Below are positions 51,501 to 60,499 of a stretch of DNA of 64,000 nucleotides, piece by piece. Numbering within the stretch: the first letter of the stretch is position 1; each line of letters begins with the position of its first letter. Where the stretch lies: the NCBI RefSeq assembly GCF_037042905.1, contig NC_087250.1:15812001-15876000 (forward strand). The letters are read 5' to 3'. The position numbers and the translations under genes are program-made. This stretch comes from Lytechinus pictus. Lineage: Eukaryota. Below the pieces are notes generated by a model. It searched no databases, had not been told where the DNA came from, and worked only from the letters and a program-made list of their open reading frames with translations.

Positions 51501-54368
51501 GGGCTTTTTAAATTATTACCTGATAAATTTTGGATGAGACTTATTTACAGTGTTTAGATTGTATTTCTTATTGATATATTAACTCTTACTGTATGGGGGG
51601 GGGAGGGGCATGCAGGACCCATGAATGTAGTTTTGTTAGCAAGTAGACGAAACTTGTTTAAGGGTCATATTCTGGTGACAACTTGTTTAGGGGGTCATTT
51701 TGCTCACAGAGAAAACTCGTGTAGGGGGTGTTTTGAAATAAGTTGGTCACTCATGTATACAGCAATACATTTGACTGCCACCCCCTCTCGAACCCCCCCA
51801 TGATTTTTTATGACAATCAGATCGTTAGATTGCTGTTTGTTCAATGTTTTACTCCTCTCATCAATTGAAAGGTTTTATTCCAAACTCTGGGGAGCGTTTC
51901 ATCAACATTATAATTAGTGGTTTTGATACCCTTAACGAGTGCACGCGTCCAAAATTGAAAAAAAAACTTTAAACCCGTTTTGTGTCATGCATGTGTACAG
52001 CAACAGGGGCCGCAGAAGCGGGGGGGGGGGCTGGGGGCTTCAGCCCCCCCCCCCCCACTTTTTTCCAAAACCATGTACAAAAAAAGGTAAAAATTACCAT
52101 ATGATTGTGATTTTTTGCATGTTCAGCCCCCCCCCCCCCCCCCACTTTTGGCTTAGCCTGGCCCCCACTTTGAAAACCATTCCGCGGCCCCCGAGCAATA
52201 TATTTGTCCCCGCCTGGTAAGTAATATCCTTGAGCATGATGACTCATAGGTATAAAAGTGAATTAAATTTGGAAATGGAATTTCCTTGAGAACTATTGGC
52301 TTGCAATCATTTAATAGATTTAGAATAAAAAGTGCAGTACCATAGTTCATAAGTTTAATAAAACACTAAAAAATATTTCAAATTAAATGAAAGATTATTT
52401 CAGTTTTTTGTACATGTATATAATTTCAAAGTTATTAAAATTAGATTTTGATTGTTTGTCTGTTCACCTTTTGAAATTGCATTTATTTATGCAATTTCAT
52501 GCTTAAAATATTCTATGTTTAATGAATTTCTCTTCCCCATACTTATAAATGATCGAATCAATTGCAACTCCGAGTCTTAGTAAGACGGGCCAAAGTCTAG
52601 TTTATTTCATTTTTGTATACTTTTGTTGCTTTACATACACTGTAAATTTTGTAGTATTAAAAGAATAGTCTATATGCAATCAATCGTTAATACGTACATT
52701 TCAGAGCTGTTAGCTGGAAATGAATCAGAAGAAATCATGTTGAAGTTCTTTCTGACGATATTCCTGTTAAAAAATGAACATGTTAGAAAGAAAAAAAATA
52801 AGAATTCTACCCCTACTTTTACAATTTTGAAAAAGCAAAATAAACATTTAATCATTCGATCGTAAATGGCAAGCATAAATAATTATATATTGCACATTTG
52901 ACTTGTGTGTCAAAGATTATTGTTGCACCCTGACACAGAACAAGCTTCATGATATTACAAAATAATAGGCGAAAACGATTCAATTCCACGATCCACTTCC
53001 AGCAACAGCCGGTAGACGAGGGGGCCGATTGCACGAAAGGGTCTTTGCAAGAACCGTCTTTCGTTTCGCCCATTTATTATGATGCGCCATGTGAAACGCA
53101 TTTTAAATAAATTACCTGCAAACATTTGTTATTCATCCGTTAAAGTAAACAAAATCTTTGTTTATAAAATGATATGATATATCACGAAATGTATACAAAT
53201 TGATTTAATGCTAGTTAACAAATTTTTTTGGTTTATCATACATTTCATATCCTGCATAGTGCATACAGCGCATCATAAAAGATGGACGACACTGTGCGAA
53301 AGACGGTCCTTGGAAAGACCCTTTCGTGCAATCGGCGCGCCCATGGTAGATTCTATATTTGCCTACCGCCTTTACCGGTCATGCCGGTCATCCGGTAATT
53401 GCTAAATGCTGGGATGTTATATTATAACCTCGTTCGTAGGATGAGTGGGGATTTCCTACTCGTCCTATACTTAATCCTTCCACGTGCCGATACGTTTTGT
53501 TTACACCTGACATCTCTCAAGCTGTCGAAGGGTTTTGCAGGTGAGAAACCCATTTGCCCACGACTCTTCATACTAGGATTCGAATGCTGAAACTACCCTG
53601 TGACCTCACTACTCGTCGACCTTCCATCCGATCACCATATGCAGCACCACCATGTCTTTGACTGACCGCCAGGAATTTTTAAAAGGCCGCGGCGGGTCCA
53701 AGCATTTAAATTGCCCCTACTACCAACACTCCGGCCGCCTACCCTAAAACCACTGAGCTATATCAGTGCCTAAAACCAATTGTTCGCGCACGGCGCAAGC
53801 TACGTAGCGTAGGCCCATGGCCTGGGTGTCGATTCGGGGGGAGGGGGTAGGGGCGGGTATATGACCCGCCGGCAAAAAAATTAATGTAGGGCCTATGTCA
53901 ACTAGAGCCATGCAGCCATAGGATAGTGAATCTAGTCTCATCAATTCACACTCTGCATAATGCACTATATGCGAATTGCGAAAACCAATGCATGCAGATC
54001 ATGAGAAATAGATCATTTTAATGTTTCTGCTTTTTATATAGATGACTTTTTTTTTCTTCCCCGCCAAGCGACCGAGTGCATGGGGTGCACCCCCTTTTCA
54101 AGTATTTACCACCCTCTTGAATATCACTTAATTTTCGTTCGTTTTTTTAATTCTGGTTTATGATGTAAAATTTAAGTGGAGCAGAATAAAGGTTTTAAAA
54201 AAAATGGCTCATATACTTACACGATAGTTTTGGTACACTCTGTGACGTTCTCACGAATGCATTTGCAACCAATGCAAGTACTTCCAGTGTATTTATCATT
54301 GTCTAGCCAATAACCACCCTCCTCTGGTCTGGCTTCTCGATGGGTCCAGAACCCCTCCCACTCCTCGT
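2421..54368 (-). CDS. Multi-exon leucine-rich-repeat protein gene (Cys-rich LRRNT-like cap plus about 21 LRRs), partial; 3' part continues beyond position 1
   Basis: 17 exons with GT/AG boundaries splice into one open frame (1729 nt, about 576 aa) with repeated LxLxxNxL/I...F motifs; every intron after the cap exon is phase 2. Confidence 0.9.
2697..3313. mobile_element. TTAA-AG MITE (Kolobok-like), right end cut by a SINE
   Basis: Starts TTAAAGGG; 3' part is homologous to 33230-33616, which ends GGAGTACCCCTTTAA. Confidence 0.6.
3323..3513 (+). mobile_element. SINE with a 7SL(SRP)-like head, Meta/Nin-like body and (CA)n tail
   Basis: CTGGGC..TGGCGTGCGCCTGTAATCCAAGCT and GCTGGAGACGCTTGAG resemble the 7SL Alu domain; B-box GGTTCAAGACC; body TCTTTCGGATGGTGACG..GGTCGGTCCC. 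Confidence 0.7.
4724..5265 (+). mobile_element. pearl/HINE-like family B, inner copy
   Basis: Same termini and core as 3668-6675 and 9374-10319. Confidence 0.8.
5708..5925 (-). mobile_element. tRNA-derived SINE with a MetaSINE-like domain
   Basis: A-box TAGCTCAGTCGG, B-box GGTTTGATTCTC, body GTCCTTCGGAGAGGACCTTAAGCCGTCGGTCC, (ACCAAT)n tail; present in only one arm of the foldback element. Confidence 0.8.
7073..7135 (-). CDS. LRR exon (GLSGNRISRIEKNAFHGANV)
   Basis: 63 nt, phase 2-2, TAG/GTATT. Confidence 0.88.
7425..7700. repeat. (GAT/GGT)n compound microsatellite
   Basis: Seen directly. Confidence 0.95.
8041..8479. mobile_element. About 430-bp MITE, copy 1 of 3
   Basis: TIR TAAGCCTGTTCACGGTT / AACCGTGAACTGG(C/T)TTA; near-identical to 38744-39174 and 43370-43812. 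Confidence 0.9.
8752..9056 (-). pseudogene. Decayed DNA-transposase N-terminal zinc-finger exon (hAT-like)
   Basis: NKWNWSW...GVALCIWCNKQLKYASAGKKCLREH...H (CxxC...H...H), in-frame stop, AG/GT bounded; flank homologous to element 45541-46693. Confidence 0.6.
9374..10319 (+). mobile_element. pearl/HINE-like family B copy
   Basis: Same subTIRs, ACGG repeat and tandem core of about 150-160 bp. Confidence 0.8.
10445..10920. repeat. About 74-bp minisatellite, about 6 copies
   Basis: CATGTCTTCATACTGTGCACTATATACAGTATGTAGACAAAGTCTG recurs. Confidence 0.9.
12585..12791 (-). CDS. Triple-LRR exon (QLFGGDITYLPKDIFRDTVLGYTDMGYNDLTYIEPGTFSKHYYWTIYVYNNRLIELPFPDLQQTKMDY)
   Basis: 207 nt, phase 2-2, CAG/GTATG; an alternative in-frame acceptor lies at 12947. 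Confidence 0.88.
14800..15165 (+). mobile_element. 3' end of a CR1/L2-group LINE
   Basis: LQVPRLRTKTHGERSFSYSAPTLWNSLP..FKSQLKTFLF followed by an (ATT)n tail. Confidence 0.8.
15486..15888. mobile_element. MITE
   Basis: TIR CAGGGTTCCCATC / GATGGGAACCCAG with subterminal TTCCCTGA repeats. Confidence 0.7.
16101..16493 (-). mobile_element. tRNA-derived SINE with a Deu/Nin-like domain and poly(A) tail
   Basis: A-box TGGCTCAATCG, B-box GGTTCGAGTCC; body CCGTCCCTCGGATAGGATGTTAAA...CACGTTAAGAACCCACTGCACTATTCG..AAGAGTAGGGG..CCCCGGTG. Confidence 0.8.
17622..17759 (-). CDS. Double-LRR exon (QFEGNKLVYLKRGAFTPLDTVREFDLSNNDIITVENNVFPPSTEK)
   Basis: 138 nt, phase 2-2, CAG/GTATG. Confidence 0.92.
19048..19847. 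mobile_element. PIF/Harbinger-like MITE
   Basis: TIR TACCCCTTTCATA / TATGAAAGGGGTA, TTA on both flanks, repeated TTCGCCGGCGAA palindromes. Confidence 0.8.
21242..21993. mobile_element. piggyBac-like MITE
   Basis: TTAA TSD, TIR CCCTATCTAGGCCGGGG; relatives at 23992-24718, about 11430-12105 and about 20880-21237. Confidence 0.85.
22055..22204 (-). CDS. Double-LRR exon (SLAHNLIDGISNDTFCEAPNLVHIGLIYNDLDDELIDIDAFRCLFLTTH)
   Basis: 150 nt, phase 2-2, CAG/GTAAG; matches the end of ORF 22051..22380. Confidence 0.9.
23992..24718. mobile_element. piggyBac-like MITE
   Basis: TTAA-CCCT...AGGG-TTAA; internally similar to 21242-21993. Confidence 0.85.
25232..25366 (-). CDS. Long LRR exon with insert (FLEWNEITNASEISRNDFPGQSDALYGTLVKNYKPFNGLGNLHT)
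   Basis: 135 nt, phase 2-2, TAG/GTAAG. Confidence 0.88.
26177..27356 (+). mobile_element. pearl/HINE-like family A copy with an about 160-bp tandem core
   Basis: AACAAG start, subTIR GTCTCGCCTGCAT / ATGCAGGCGAGAC, 3' hairpin. Confidence 0.8.
27360..28410. mobile_element. Cluster of tRNA-derived SINEs on both strands; fullest copy 28124-28410 (+)
   Basis: A/B boxes (TGGCCCAGTGG; GGTTCAATCCC or GTTCGAATCCC), shared GACCC(A/G)GGTG..AATGGGTACC core, (ATT)n tails. Confidence 0.75.
28439..28516 (-). CDS. LRR exon (FLSDNELRAVPHGIFNYDNFKNLET)
   Basis: 78 nt, phase 2-2, uncommon GAG acceptor, GTAAG donor. Confidence 0.88.
28660..29015 (-). mobile_element. Decayed 3' end of a CR1/L2-group LINE
   Basis: HKKAPKYLYSLL...YRLRSS...LHIPR then a frameshifted LWNSLP motif. 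Confidence 0.7.
29522..29608 (-). CDS. LRR exon (RLHSQKVGFDLTSISYSAFYNAGQKIRT)
   Basis: 87 nt, phase 2-2, TAG/GTAAG. Confidence 0.85.
29800..33220 (+). pseudogene. Decayed RTE-like LINE reverse-transcriptase fragment hosting the satellite
   Basis: Flanks translate SKTDNY.GIS.SSVV | AKTYKRMIVNHIRPFIDPLLRDSQNCFRRERST..GQILAIRRILEG...ITFIDFK. Confidence 0.85.
29867..33028 (+). repeat. 40-bp tandem satellite, about 79 copies
   Basis: Unit AGACTGA(C/A)AACTAC(C/T/A)GAGGGATCTCTC(T/A)GAGCTCAGTCGT with constant 40-bp phase. Confidence 0.98.
33635..33706 (-). CDS. LRR exon (DLNTNKLSVLLPRTFTDLPNLLT)
   Basis: 72 nt, phase 2-2, CAG/GTAAG. Confidence 0.92.
37561..38080. mobile_element. MITE with CCCGGG termini
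   Basis: About 45-bp TIRs and a perfect 8-bp TSD ATTCATCT. Confidence 0.9.
38116..38187 (-). CDS. LRR exon (EIHHNDLFKLGPQIFHHISNLIH)
   Basis: 72 nt, phase 2-2, TAG/GTAAG. Confidence 0.9.
38744..39174. mobile_element. About 430-bp MITE, copy 2, inserted into a tRNA-SINE
   Basis: TIRs as in copy 1; flanks rejoin into a SINE like 28170-28270. Confidence 0.9.
39208..39426. mobile_element. Palindromic MITE
   Basis: TIR GGGGGTGTTTCACAAAGATTTAAG / CTTAAATCTTTGTGAAACACCCCC. Confidence 0.85.
41014..41085 (-). CDS. LRR exon (NLSNNRIRSIAQNSLSQLKHLQI)
   Basis: 72 nt, phase 2-2, CAG/GTAAG. Confidence 0.92.
41837..41986 (-). CDS. Double-LRR exon (SLSNNSFRSIPGDALENMVELVYIGLDMNQIEAVSKRSCKILAQSHVRF)
   Basis: 150 nt, phase 2-2, TAG/GTAGG; matches ORF 41833..42027. 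Confidence 0.9.
42175..42764 (+). mobile_element. pearl/HINE-like family C
   Basis: AACAAG start, subTIR ATACGCCCGTCT / AGATGGGCGTAT, about 3 core repeats, ACGG microsatellite. Confidence 0.75.
43370..43812. mobile_element. About 430-bp MITE, copy 3
   Basis: TIRs and body as in copies 1 and 2. Confidence 0.9.
43860..44426. mobile_element. Kolobok-like MITE
   Basis: TTAA-AGGACAAG...TTGACCT-TAAA; related copy at 47286-47807. Confidence 0.65.
45012..45080 (-). CDS. LRR exon (NLNSNSLTILPRKFFWGTSIEL)
   Basis: 69 nt, phase 2-2, TAG/GTGAG. Confidence 0.88.
45541..46693. mobile_element. Non-autonomous hAT-like element with a 6-bp TSD
   Basis: 13-bp TIR CAGGGATGCCACT / AGTGGCATCCCTG with AATATG on both sides. 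Confidence 0.8.
47022..47096 (-). CDS. LRR exon (DFSRNHLVYTPTEPFAAFPPSLKN)
   Basis: 75 nt, phase 2-2, CAG/GTGAG. Confidence 0.85.
47286..47807. mobile_element. Kolobok-like MITE
   Basis: TTAA-AGGTCAAGTCCA...TGGACTTGTCCT-TTAA. Confidence 0.7.
48367..48432 (-). CDS. LRR exon (IIHNSDITKIPPVTACTELIE)
   Basis: 66 nt, phase 2-2, AG/GTAAG. Confidence 0.85.
49170..51140. repeat. About 49-bp minisatellite interrupted by a MITE (about 50436-50686)
   Basis: Unit GATGATGTAAATGCATAAGGTATGGCTTAAGCCTATAAGATGGCTGCCT; right block forms about 95-bp dimers. Confidence 0.95.
51194..51265 (-). CDS. LRR exon (EIYSSPLEPIDPDTFKSCGSLER)
   Basis: 72 nt, phase 2-2, AG/GTAAG. Confidence 0.85.
53021..53338. mobile_element. 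MITE
   Basis: TIR GCCGATTGCACGAAAGGGTCTTT / AAAGACCCTTTCGTGCAATCGGC. Confidence 0.85.
54221..54368 (-). CDS. LRR gene exon, Trp/Cys-rich cap (EEWEGFWTHREARPEEGGYWLDNDKYTGSTCIGCKCIRENVTECTKTI)
   Basis: AG...GTAAG; only one of three frames is open; CxxCxC...C cap motif. Confidence 0.8.
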
Positions 54369-55149
54369 CTACAATAAAGACGATTTATTGACATAAACAC
54401 AAAATTAATTCAATATTTTATGTCATGCCAATCATTTCAATAATTTTACACAATAGAGTTAGCATATGTACATGAAATCGGAGAATTAAAGGTAAGGAGA
54501 CAAGAGTGCACTGTGTCCACACCAGACAACATCAGTTTCGTTTTGTTCTAACACCAGATAGGTGTTTATACAACACCAATTAGTATCAAAACAGCATCGG
54601 TTTGATTCCAAACTGGTATTACTTCTCTGGTGTGGACATATATAGATTCCGTGCTGGTGTTAATCAACACCAGAGTTTTTGCAGTGTGGTGCTTAAAAGT
54701 TAGCGGAACACACCATAAAAATAATGCACTCCTTCATTCTGTGTGTATGTAAATAACAACAACTCTACAATATCCGGCGAGCCTTGAGAAACAGTCATTG
54801 AATGTAATAATTTATCACCTGCTGACTTCACAATCAAATACAGAAAAGATGGCAGAACTTGAAGACTTTTAAATGTGTTCATTTTCTGATGGGGTTCGCT
54901 AACTTCTTATTAGCACACTGTAATCATGGGAATTGCATAGGGACCATAACAGAGCTAAAAAAAGGAAGGAAAATACATTGCACTAATTACAAAATGAAAA
55001 AGTCAACAAATATACAAGAAAAAATTAGAGGAGAAACAGTGACGTGTAAACAATATATTTTAAAAGGCAGTTATTCAATCAAAATCATGAAAATTCAAAA
55101 GATGAGGCTCGAATTGCTTTTTATCATTTTTTTTAAACAGAGATGTTCC

Positions 55150-55303
55150 TTAGCAGTAGTAGTAGTAGTAGCAGTAGTAGAAGAAGAAAAAGAAGAAGAA
55201 GAAAGGGAGGAGAAGGAGAAGAAGTTTTAGTAGTAGTAGCAGCAGAAGTAGTTAGTAGTAGTACATGTAGTAGAAGTAGTAGAAGCTTGTAGTTGTAGTA
55301 CAA

Positions 55304-55365
<62 letters not shown>

Positions 55366-55377
55366 GTAGTAGTAGTC

Positions 55378-55425
<48 letters not shown>

Positions 55426-55443
55426 TATAGTAGTAGTAGTAGC

Positions 55444-55494
<51 letters not shown>

Positions 55495-55495
55495 T
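55150..55495. repeat. (AGT)n microsatellite
   Basis: Seen directly. Confidence 0.97.
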
Positions 55496-56727
55496 CCTTA
55501 GATATGTTATTAATCACTCCAAACAGTGGGGTCTATAAAATAATGTGAAATATTTCCAAAGTATGTTCTTATCTTGAGTAAATGAAATTTTGTGGCACTG
55601 ATGTTATATTCATGAGATAATAGCTTTCGTTTATTGGATTTCTACTCCATCATCTAAAATTGCTGCTGTTTTTTTTTAAGAGTGTGTTACAATATGCAGC
55701 ATATGTCCGATGTATTTTTTTTCTGACACCTTATTTTCAGTTTCCCCATTACTTAATTTTTCTTCATTCTTCTCATAATAATACTTATAATTATAGTTAT
55801 CATTATTATCATTATTATTATTATTATCATCATCATTATCATTACTATTATCATTATTATTGTTTTTTTAATTATTATTATTATTAATACAATCACGATA
55901 ATAATAATATGCTGAAGCATCCTCCAAAAAGATTGCTTGGGGTGCTACGTGTATAATTCTCCATAGGCAGTCCCCCCCCCCCCCTGTATTTTGGAAGATG
56001 TGTAAGAATCGAAAAATGTTACCAAAATGGTCTTCGTTTGTAGTGAAATCTTCTTTTTTTTCTTCCTTTTTTTTTCAGTGCTTTTCAAGTTTCTTGGGAC
56101 CAATATAATCTCCATTTTGTAATTAGTGAAAACCCCAAATTTTTCTCTTTTTTTGCTTTACATATCAGCACCCCCCGTAAAAAAAAATCATTCACAGGGC
56201 CCTGCTGTGTTATGGGGAGAGCAGGGCGAGTGATTCTCCCCTTTGTTGTGACTGGATGGAAGATTTGTCTATGACGTAGGCCTAATGACAACCTACCCGA
56301 AGGTACGTAGCAACGTACCTTGGCGAGAGGCCATGTGTGCGGAATCCCAGCGCCAGTATGTTGTTTTCGTATTATAATGATAATTCGATGTTGCAATTGC
56401 AAAGTGTAAGCGCGCCACCTTGTGTTGGTCTCTTGGCCATGGTTATTAAAGACAGTTACACGTAACCTCAAAGTTGTCTAGTATATTTACTTCTTTTATA
56501 TTAAGTTGTGCCTTATTAACCCATGGCGCAGAATATTTTCTATTTCGAGGCCGCTTTGTAAAAAAAAAATATTTCAAATTTCTTGTGTTTCTCTATAGAC
56601 ACTAATGAATGCAGTTATAATACGTTTTGTTGTTAGAAAGGTGTGATATTTGCTTACTGAAATATGTCTTTTCTACTTCAACATAAGTTTGCACTTTGCA
56701 AAGAACAAGAGAAAATAAATGGCTTAC

Positions 56728-56830
56728 CGTACGTAGGGCAAGTTCGCTCATTTTGCGACGGGGTAGGTCTAGTCTGCAGGCACAGACCATCATTGGAACT
56801 TTGATCAACAAGTGTGCCTCCACGCAAAGA
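56728..56830 (-). CDS. Candidate upstream exon of the LRR gene (SLRGGTLVDQSSNDGLCLQTRPTPSQNERTCPTY)
   Basis: Strong GTAAGC donor; phase-1 end matches exon 54221-54368; acceptor ttttgtatgtgctAG; no start codon or signal peptide found in this frame. Confidence 0.4.
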
Positions 56831-57988
56831 CTAGCACATACAAAACTTGCTGTTCCAATACGCGAGAGAGCCTTCAGTACACAAGGCATGAGTAGGCTGC
56901 ACATTCAGACCCTTAACTCGAGCGAAGGGTTTGCCCAGCAGACTAGGGTAGGTCCGCCATAATAATAAACCTATAAGTGTCCTTGTATACATATGCTTGA
57001 TATGTCAGTATATTGATGCTAAATCTGATAACTTTTCATAGATCATTAAAAAGAGTAGTAGTAGTTGTACCAACATAAAAAAGAATGTTTTGTGCCTGAG
57101 AACCCATCGTTCGTTTTTTTTTTCGATATCACTGTTTTTCCTAGTATATGGACGAACTCGTCCCGCCTAACGGGCGAACTGTCTCGGGTTGGCGGATTTT
57201 TTTTTTCTGTGCCTGTTTATGTAATAACCGTGTGCATGTTCTCTGTGAAAATAGGATAACAGTACTTGTAGATATTACCTATAGACATTTATTGTGATAA
57301 AGCACGACATTCCTACCAAAAAAAAATTACGGCTCTAAAAGAGCGGAAAAAAACGAACTCGCCCCGCTATCCCCTATCACGTATCATTTTCCAATTTTGT
57401 ATTATCTTTAGGCTTACATGTGAATGATCTCTCAGATTTATCAAATTGTCTATTACATGCATAATCAATATATTATTTGCTATATGCAATCCACTCTCTG
57501 CAAGCAGTGTGTACTTTTTAGGGATCCCTCATTTTCAAACACATTTGATTGGATATTATTTTGTACAATCTTTTACTATCATCCTATTGTATATACATGA
57601 TTTGTATTATATTTGAATTCTATTTGTATTTTATTTATATTTGTGATGGAAATAACGGTAAACAACCATTAATCTTGTATTTTCGTTTGGTTTTTTACTT
57701 CACTTCTTGACTCTGATGCCGATGATAATGACGATAATGGTGATGACGATAATAATGAGGATGGTGACGACGAAGATAATGGAGATGATGACTACGGATG
57801 ATGATTATGATGATGATGTTGAAAATGAAGATTATGGTAATGGTGATCAGGATTGATGATGATGACGGGATTGACGGCGACAACGATGAAATGAAAATTT
57901 TGCCAATTTTTTTTTTGTATAATAGGATAATAAAAAAAACGGAATGGAAAATGATAGACATCTTGAAAGACAGGGTGTTGTTCTGTTT

Positions 57989-58543
57989 CGCATACATTCG
58001 TTATTCCGAAGCTTCGTTATTCCGAAGGTTCGTTATTCCGAAGGTTCATATTTCCGAAGGTTCGTAATTCCGAAGGTTCGTTAGTCCGAAAACGAAGTGA
58101 GGTTCGTAATTCCGAAGGTTCGTTAATCCGAAAACGAAATGAGGTTCGAAATTCCGAAGGTTCGTTAGTCCGAAAACGAAATGATTAACGAACCTTATTT
58201 CGTTTTCGGACTAACGAACCTTCGGAACAACGAACCTTATTTTGTTTCTGGATTAACGAACCTTCGGAACAACGAACCTTATTTCGTTTTCGGATTATCG
58301 AACCTTCGGAATATCCGTACCTTCGGAATAACGAAGCTTCGGAATTACGAATGTATGCGAAACAGAACAACCCCCTGTCTTTCAAGATGTCTTTCATTTT
58401 CCATTCCGTTTTTTTATTATAACGAACCTTCGGAATAACGCCACAAATGTTCGGATTAACAAACCCTTTTACGTTTTCTGATTAACGAACATCGAGGTAT
58501 ATGCAATTTACGTGTTTCGGAATTACGAAGTACAGTGTAACCG
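57989..58543. mobile_element. Palindromic MITE built from TTCCGAAGGTTCG repeats
   Basis: 8-bp TSD TTCTGTTT; second copy at 61821-62361. Confidence 0.85.
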
Positions 58544-58867
58544 TTCTGTTTATAGGAGGGGGTGGGGTGGGTTAGAGAATTATTCGAAACTGTGTGTAAT
58601 CAGTTATATTAAAATAATTATGAAGCATTCTCATCGCATACCACCAAATGGAAAGCCACTTAGCTCAGATGAGTATCTCTCATTCCAGTATTCCTCAGCG
58701 GTCCAACTATGAGATGCTTCGGGTAGGTAGCCGGCTAGAAGGGCGGCAAAAATGAACAGGGACGTTTTCATGATGCTGAAACGCTCTCAATCTGAAAGAT
58801 AGTAGAACATACAAGATTATATAAGGCCAACAGCCTTGTCAATAGGTCCACCTAATCTCCTCAACTG

Positions 58868-59055
58868 CACTGTAAAAAATGAAGTGCTAATTTAATTAGC
58901 ACTTACAGTGCTTGCATAGTGACTGCACTATATACGAGTGCTGATTTTTTAGTTCAAATTTATTCAAATCAATTCAAACTAGAAAATCAGCACTCGTAGT
59001 GCAATCACTTTACAAGCATTGTAAGTGCTAAATTAGCACTTCATTTTTTACAGTG
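58868..59055. mobile_element. Near-perfect palindromic MITE (CACTG...CAGTG)
   Basis: The two halves are reverse complements over about 85 bp. Confidence 0.85.
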
Positions 59056-59319
59056 TACTGGAATGTGGTCATTTACCTACCCCATAAGTCCATATTCTCT
59101 GAGCAGCGTCATCTTGTGATAAAGGCCAACTTGAATTATAAAACACTAATCAATACATTCGTACCGCAATAACTATACTGCAAGTATCTAAACAAGCTAG
59201 AAATTTTAGTTTATCTATTGATCATGTCTATACAAATATAATTATAGGCTAGTTTATTCTCTTTATAAATAATAGTTATCTCCATGTGTAAAAATAGGTC
59301 TATTGATTTTAAACACACC

Positions 59320-59628
59320 GGCCCGTATTCTGAAGTCATGTTTAAGTTAAACTCAGGTTTAAAGTTGTGGTTTAAGTATGGACAGCCAAAAGTATCAATT
59401 TTTTTATTAAGTTGTACGTTTCTTATGTTTGCTGTGCTCTTTCCTGATTCATCGATGGTGAAGATAATCATCTATTTATACTTCCTAGACAATTATGAAT
59501 GGTTTGAGAGCTCAATGAGCTGAAACATGATTTCTCTACCGTTAGTGATTTATGTTACAATTGGCTATCCATATTTAAACCACAACTTTAAACCTGAGTT
59601 TAAGTTAAACCCGACTTCAGCATACGGG
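59320..59628. mobile_element. MITE (truncated copy at 13306-13592)
   Basis: TIR CCCGTATTCTGAAGTC / GACTTCAGCATACGGG. Confidence 0.85.
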
Positions 59629-60499
59629 ACACAGCCTATAATAAGCGACAATACACAGTGCATTGCTTGTCACTTTTCTCCTGCTTTTATTTATGTATTT
59701 ATTTATTCAGGTTTATTTAAAAGCGGGGTACTCCTTTTTGTGCCCAGGTGCCTACATTACAAAAGGTCCCTGTATATACATAGATTTATTTATACAAATG
59801 AATGAATTACAATTATATTAAGAAAAATACAATACACAAACAAAATTACATAACATATTCCATGCTATCACATCGAATGAATTGATAAGAAATTAACAAC
59901 CTAGATTAAAAGCAAATGACAATTCAAAAGACAATGACTATTATTGAAATAAAGTAAAATTACTTCAAAAACAAAAAGTTGGTTGAAATCAAACGACATA
60001 AAATTAATATAGTTGTAAAACTTACAATTTAAAAGACAATTAATATTATTAATATTAGATGGCATAATGCACATAACAATAAAATAATGAGGAGAAATAA
60101 AAATATATAAAATGAAACAAACAAAATAATAAGTTGCTTCTGACGAAAAATAAGCGTTCCCCTGGGCCTACACTGTTAAAAAAAAACCCTGATTTTACAG
60201 GGGAAAAGGGATTTTGCAGAATGCAATAACATAATCATTCTGTTAATTCATAAAACATGAATTTTCTGCAATTTAACAGAACAGGTCTGTTTAAAAAGGG
60301 GAAAATGGTGTTTTATTTAAGGAAATTTATAAGGTTCCATACACCATATACCAATATCCTGTAATTTTACATGATATAATGTAAGATTACCGATCTGGTA
60401 AGATTACAGGTGTTCTCGAGACTCTGCTGCAGGAACTTCTTTTTATTTTAATGACACAGTGTGTGACACAGTGTGTCATTATCTACACTGTTGTAAGAG

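Noticed and set aside
53400..53960. GC-richer stretch with small hairpins, possible exon or ncRNA
   Set aside because: No frame-compatible splice pair or recognisable RNA motif could be supported.
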